Source: a virus
Taxonomy: Duplodnaviria > Caudoviricetes
Strand: one strand, 5' to 3'
DNA length: 51,934 nucleotides
IMG/VR virus record: IMGVR_UViG_3300048590_000302
Coordinates: 1 to 51,934 of that record
Numbering within the stretch: position 1 is the first letter of the stretch; every line of letters begins with the position of its first letter. Below are positions 47,811 to 51,934 of the stretch, in pieces. The position numbers were made by a program, and so were the translations under genes. The notes under the pieces are model-generated. The model made no database searches. It saw only the letters and a list, made by a program, of their open reading frames with translations, and was not told where the DNA came from.

Positions 47811-48179
47811 ATGAGTAACTCAACTGAATCCAAGAACTCGACCAAGTCTCCAGCCATCCTTGATAAGCCAATCGACGGAGCCGATAAGCTTACCGCCGAG
47901 CAGCTTTTAGCGAAGATGTTTGAGGTCGTGCCCGCAAGCTCAAATGCACGCCTGCCAGAACCCTGGAGTCAAGCCGATCGCGATAAATTGGTCGGCCTGG
48001 TCAAGGCAGCCCTGGCCGCTGGCCGCACAACTCGCGACGCTTGCACTTTCATTTTTGAAGCAGGGGTCTTTCCAGGACGCGGTAAGGCTGCAATCTTCGA
48101 GATTTGGCAGGACTACACCCGACCTGAACGCGCGGCCAAGGCAGCGGCCAAGGCCAATAAGCAGGAAGTTTCCAAGTAA
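47811..48179 (+). CDS. Myb/SANT-like (RsfA-type) HTH protein (tentative)
   Basis: WSQADRDKLV..V...G.T..A......FPGR...AI...W pattern; AAGGA RBS. Confidence 0.55.
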   Translation: MSNSTESKNSTKSPAILDKPIDGADKLTAEQLLAKMFEVVPASSNARLPEPWSQADRDKLVGLVKAALAAGRTTRDACTFIFEAGVFPGRGKAAIFEIWQDYTRPERAAKAAAKANKQEVSK

Positions 48180-48301
48180 GCTGACCAGACTTTAGACAAG
48201 GACGACGACGACTTTCCCCAAGGATCGGGGGTTTAATATCAGGCGGCCCAGGATTTCAGGTTTGAGCCCTGGTCCGCCTTTCAACCCAAGGAACCCTTTC
48301 C

Positions 48302-48409
48302 ATGCACCCGATCCATGCTGTGTCCTCTGCTGCCGTTGCCGCTCTTTCTGTTTCGATTCCCTTGGTCGTAAGTTTCATTATGCTGACCAACTATTTGACA
48401 GGAGGATGA
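48302..48409 (+). CDS. 35-aa hydrophobic peptide
   Basis: AAGGA RBS; MHPIHAVSSAAVAALSVSIPLVVSFIMLTNYLTGG. Confidence 0.45.
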   Translation: MHPIHAVSSAAVAALSVSIPLVVSFIMLTNYLTGG

Positions 48410-48413
48410 CCAA

Positions 48414-48524
48414 ATGCTTGACACTCTAGCGCTCCACGCAATAATGGTGCCAGCCGTTATAGTCGCGTCAATCCTGGCCTCGGCCTGGTTTATCATTGAC
48501 CTCATAGACAGGATCCACAAATGA
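48414..48524 (+). CDS. 36-aa single-TM peptide
   Basis: AGGAGG RBS; MLDTLALHAIMVPAVIVASILASAWFIIDLIDRIHK. Confidence 0.55.
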   Translation: MLDTLALHAIMVPAVIVASILASAWFIIDLIDRIHK

Positions 48525-48712
48525 GCCAGGATAAAGAATTCGGACTTAAGACAAGCCAAAACCTTTCCATGCACGATACGTTTGTCCTGGATGGATTTCC
48601 GGCCCAGGTAATAGGGTTTGCAGGTGACTGGACCCTCTGCGAATACATAGACACCGACCCGGACTTGACGCTGATCACGCTTGACCTTGACCAAGTCCAA
48701 GGATACACATAA
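48521..48712 (+). CDS. Small acidic protein
   Basis: ATGA coupling with the upstream peptide. Confidence 0.55.
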   Translation: MSQDKEFGLKTSQNLSMHDTFVLDGFPAQVIGFAGDWTLCEYIDTDPDLTLITLDLDQVQGYT

Positions 48713-49588
48713 ATACCCGATATTATTGATATAATGGCTGCTCTAGTCTTTCGGAATTCAGGTGGAATTCTGAGGGGTTAGGGCAGCTAAAGTATTTAGC
48801 GCCTGCGTTTCCATTTCCCGCTCAAACACCCCGACCCATACCGCCCGTGAAATGGTGCGCTTGCACCCCACTTTCCGCTATTTCCAGGCTGCACGGTGGC
48901 CGGTGGCCGAGAGCGCGAGTGTCAAATCTCCTTACACCCCCTGTCCACGCCTGCGACACCCCGGCCTGTCAAGGGGTTTGACACATGCACAGCACGGTGG
49001 CATGCACCTGTCAGTTTCCCGACAGCATGGCTATCGTTAAGCCCGGAATAATACAGGGAGGGATGGCCAAGGGTTTGACAGCCCCCAGCCTTCAAGAGCA
49101 CGCCTCACAGGTGCATGACCTTTAGACACCATTTGATCGTTTCGCGACGCAAATCCCTTTGCGGTACAGGGCTTGCTAACCCCCAGATCTGCACATTTCT
49201 GTTTCGATCCCCCTGTACCCCTTAACCCCCAGGCAGTGTGTGTAAAAAATAGTAGGAGAATTTTTTGAATTGGTGGGTGAGGGCTGGACCGATTCCACTT
49301 TCGCCGCTGTGCTCGAAGCTCCTTGGCGTCCGCCTGCCTTGGAGTTACCGGGTGGCGTACCCCACTTCGCAACGGTTTACCTCATGTCCTCGGCCCGGAG
49401 TTCGGTCTAGCCGCATGTCCTGCCCTCATTTGATGTGTGGTGCGTGTCAGTGCCGCCATTGGCTAAGCTTGCTTGCCGAGGGATCCGGCCCCCTGGTTTG
49501 CCTTATCACCGCTTCACGTCTGAAGTTCTGACCACGGGTTCAGCCGCCCCACATGGTCTTTCCTATCAGGTCTACTGTCTCTCCACAA

Positions 49589-49801
49589 TCAATTCTGGAG
49601 GCCGGATTTTGGGTTCTGCGCGTCTGAGTTCTTCGTTCGCTCCTCTGGTCTTACCTGCCAGAATCTGGCGTTGAATTTCTTCCTGAGCCATCCGTCGAAC
49701 TCCCTCTGCACGATCTCCATGGTGACGTTGTCCTCGAAGTCGATCATTTCCCTGTCGATGGGTCCTAGTGGATCTTCGCAGTGGAAGACGAAGGTTTTCA
49801 T
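49589..49801 (-). CDS. Hypothetical protein
   Basis: ATGA coupling, AAGGA RBS. Confidence 0.65.
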   Translation of the reverse strand: MKTFVFHCEDPLGPIDREMIDFEDNVTMEIVQREFDGWLRKKFNARFWQVRPEERTKNSDAQNPKSGLQN

Positions 49802-50010
49802 GGCTGGTCCTTGACTTCCGCGAGTGCGTAGTCGAATGCCGGCTGACCATCGAGGATGGCGTGACCGACGAATTCAATCCTTCCGCTTATCTGTTTTTCC
49901 TGTCCCGTGTTCTTGTCTTTGACATTGACGTAGACGATCTGTCCTTCCATGTGTCGCATGCTTGCCTCTGCCTCGGAACCTTCCTTGACGGTGAATTCCA
50001 TGAGTTTCAT
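49798..50010 (-). CDS. Hypothetical protein
   Basis: GGGAGACGACGAC before ATG. Confidence 0.7.
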   Translation of the reverse strand: MKLMEFTVKEGSEAEASMRHMEGQIVYVNVKDKNTGQEKQISGRIEFVGHAILDGQPAFDYALAEVKDQP

Positions 50011-50243
50011 GTCGTCGTCTCCCAGTCGGTTTTATGCACGAAGATTCTTCGGTATGAGTCACCGAATATCATGGGCATGAGTTCGTGCTTCATTTCCATG
50101 TAGTCGTTGGAGATGGTTGCGAGTGCTTCGGCCTCGGAGTTGAATCGGAAGTTTCTGCTTCCTGTCTCCAGCATTGCCCCCTTGACCTTGCATGGCACGA
50201 CACTCCACTTGCCGTCTTTTTCCAATAGGACGATGTTTCTCAT
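50007..50243 (-). CDS. Hypothetical protein
   Basis: GGAGACGACGACGAC before ATG. Confidence 0.7.
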   Translation of the reverse strand: MRNIVLLEKDGKWSVVPCKVKGAMLETGSRNFRFNSEAEALATISNDYMEMKHELMPMIFGDSYRRIFVHKTDWETTT

Positions 50244-50366
50244 GTCGTCGTCGTCTCCAACGTGTTTTTGCTGCTCACCATGGCTTAAGCAATGCCTCGA
50301 TGATCTTCTTGCTGAGGTATCCGACTACGATCACGCAGACGGAATAGAAGAAGGCTTCTGCCCAGT

Positions 50367-50636
50367 TCATTTTTTATCTCCAATTGGGGCTGCGCGGCAC
50401 CCGACGTTTCCGACTCTTGGTGGCCAGCTCCAGTGTCCTGGCTTCGGTGTTTCTGAGTACGGGGTTGGATTGAAGTAGAGGCCATTGGGATTCATGACGA
50501 AGAGTTGGCACTCGGCGGTTTCCTCGTTGAGGATCTGGGTGATGATGGCTGGACTTGGTTCCGCCTTGTGCTCCCCTCCCGGTGATCCGAATCTTTGATA
50601 ATGCACGACTCGTCCGATGGATGGCTTCTGGTTCAT
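50367..50636 (-). CDS. Conserved-type phage hypothetical protein
   Basis: PSIGRVVHY...PAIIT...LFV..P.G...WSWPPRV. Confidence 0.8.
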   Translation of the reverse strand: MNQKPSIGRVVHYQRFGSPGGEHKAEPSPAIITQILNEETAECQLFVMNPNGLYFNPTPYSETPKPGHWSWPPRVGNVGCRAAPIGDKK

Positions 50637-50650
50637 GGTGCTGTCTCCTT

Positions 50651-50878
50651 TTAGTTGTCGTCGTCGTCTCTGTTATTGAATGCTCCCGGTGGTCCGATTG
50701 AGATTCGGATGTCCCAGCCGTCGTACTGCCTGATGTTTTCGAGGGTGATGGATGCGACGACTCCGTTGAACTCACTCGGGTCGAGCTTCATCTTTCTTCC
50801 GAAGAGTTCTTCAATCATCTCTGCTATGAGGTTTCTTCCGAACTCGCGGAGCGGAACCATCTTGTCTTCTTCAGTCAT
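50651..50878 (-). CDS. Hypothetical protein
   Basis: GACGACGAC before ATG; ATGA coupling. Confidence 0.7.
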   Translation of the reverse strand: MTEEDKMVPLREFGRNLIAEMIEELFGRKMKLDPSEFNGVVASITLENIRQYDGWDIRISIGPPGAFNNRDDDDN

Positions 50879-51162
50879 GTCGTCGTCTTCTTTGCTCGTC
50901 GCTTGGCGAGTTCATCGTCGCCTGGGTTGGGTGGATTTGGTACGGGTTTCTCCATCATCTTGATGTCGATCATGTGGAGGGCTCTCTCTCTGGCGGCGGC
51001 GGGATTTCCCGCGCACTTGCAGATCAGCCCCATGTTGAGCGCCCAGGCGTCGAGCATCATCTCGAAGCCGTATCGGTTTTGCGCATCGACGGCGATGAGG
51101 TTGAGTGTCCGGCAGAGTTCGCCCATCATCCTTGCCATCATGCGGTTGTATTCTTCATCCAT
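50875..51162 (-). CDS. Hypothetical protein
   Basis: GAGACGACGAC before ATG. Confidence 0.7.
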   Translation of the reverse strand: MDEEYNRMMARMMGELCRTLNLIAVDAQNRYGFEMMLDAWALNMGLICKCAGNPAAARERALHMIDIKMMEKPVPNPPNPGDDELAKRRAKKTTT

Positions 51163-51177
51163 GTCGTCGTCTCTTTA

Positions 51178-51531
51178 TTAGTAGAGGCAGATTCTCGGGT
51201 CCTTGCCTTCCTTGAGTGCCCGTCTGGGTGGGCAGGTTTGTTGGTCCCTGTCGGCTTCCTTCTGCCACTGGCATTCGTGTTCCCTTGGGCATTGGTAGTC
51301 GAGGGGTTTTCTATCGTGGAAGTGCCCCTTGCTTCCGAGCTGGAGTGTTCGCCCTGTCTCCAGGACTTCGTCGATCTGGAGGTTTGCGCTCAGGGAGCCT
51401 TCGCACCTGTCGGACTTTTTATTGAACCAGGCGCAGTCCTTGCCCTGACAGTTGGTGTTGTATGCGCCGGTCCAGGGGGAGCCTTTCGGTGCGATGAGTG
51501 GACACATGGATGCGGGGCAGAATGTCGTCAT
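51178..51531 (-). CDS. Cysteine-rich protein
   Basis: CP..CPL...C...CAWF...C...CP...CQWQ...CPP; AGGAG RBS. Confidence 0.7.
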   Translation of the reverse strand: MTTFCPASMCPLIAPKGSPWTGAYNTNCQGKDCAWFNKKSDRCEGSLSANLQIDEVLETGRTLQLGSKGHFHDRKPLDYQCPREHECQWQKEADRDQQTCPPRRALKEGKDPRICLY

Positions 51532-51821
51532 GCTCCTGGGACTTCCATCTTTACGGTCACGGCTTCGTTGATGCGTGGGTCGATGCGGATCTGGAACATT
51601 TTCCTGCATGCCTTGCATTGTGCTCCTCCGAGGTTGATGCCGAGTTGCATGAAGAGGCTTGGTTTGATGGTGAGGCGGTTCTCTCCGCAGTAGGGGCATG
51701 CGACGTAATATTTTTCCTTCAGGACGAGTGATGTCGGCAGTGTGTCGGCATCTTCGAGGTCGCGTCGAGCGCGTTCGCCGGCCTTGATGATCTCGTGAAT
51801 TTCCTGATCGGTTCTATCCAT
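51528..51821 (-). CDS. Zinc-ribbon protein
   Basis: CPYC...CKAC; GGGAG RBS. Confidence 0.7.
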   Translation of the reverse strand: MDRTDQEIHEIIKAGERARRDLEDADTLPTSLVLKEKYYVACPYCGENRLTIKPSLFMQLGINLGGAQCKACRKMFQIRIDPRINEAVTVKMEVPGA

Positions 51822-51892
51822 GTGCTGCTCCCTTGTCGTCGTCGTAGATGTTCGGATGGAGGGTGTAATAGTAGTAGTGGTGGTAGAGGCGT

Positions 51893-51934
51893 TTGCATTA
51901 AATGAAGACCTCTTAGGAGTGGTTGGCTCCCCAC
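51893..51934. repeat. Imperfect terminal direct repeat, right copy
   Basis: 7 mismatches to 1-42; introduces TAA stops into the junction ORF frame. Confidence 0.8.

Larger units (their letters stand above)
47281..49128. repeat. Dispersed 17-bp palindromes TGTC-N9-GACA (about 18 copies)
   Basis: Perfect at 47281, 47304, 47596, 48942, 48967; one mismatch at 47322, 47337, 47390, 47502, 48182, 48384, 48407, 48920, 49064; two mismatches at 47461, 47481, 47572, 49112. Confidence 0.85.
1..51934. mobile_element. Probably complete myovirus-type (contractile tail) bacteriophage genome, circularly permuted
   Basis: Full terminase-portal-capsid-sheath-tube-tape measure-baseplate gene order, plus replication and recombination modules; 42-nt terminal overlap; no host genes seen. 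Confidence 0.93.

Noticed and set aside
47281-49128. CRISPR array
   Set aside because: Repeats are 4-bp half-sites with variable cores and irregular spacing; no cas genes
51893-51934. Diversity-generating retroelement template/variable repeat pair (A-biased mismatches with 1-42)
   Set aside because: No reverse transcriptase is present, the A bias is on the antisense strand of the gene, and both copies sit exactly at contig ends

Overview
The window is almost certainly one complete, circularly permuted genome of a contractile-tailed dsDNA phage (unit length about 51,892 bp). Its last 42 nt imperfectly repeat the first 42 nt, and an ORF reads through the junction. Layout: (i) 584-4852, a DNA-hypermodification cluster (ParB-N, TET/JBP dioxygenase, TAGT/GREB1-like glycosyltransferase, APH-like kinase, nucleotidyltransferase-HAD fusion) coupled to (ii) terminase, head, tail and baseplate genes (4788-24772); (iii) an RCC1-propeller protein, two glycosyltransferase-like genes, a lytic transglycosylase and fibre genes (24788-30306); (iv) a leftward early region with RecE/RecT-like, DUF932, Lar-like and many small genes (30490-42047); (v) a rightward replication module (RHH regulator, iteron-bearing initiator, DnaB) followed by a secreted CxxCH protein; (vi) a 2.3-kb low-coding island with about 18 TGTC-N9-GACA-like palindromes around a sigma54-like promoter and a Myb-like gene; (vii) small leftward genes. 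Two distinct start-associated motifs mark early genes. I recognised no integrase, CI-like repressor, DNA methyltransferase, tRNA or CRISPR array. All family calls come from motif recognition by eye; no searches were run.
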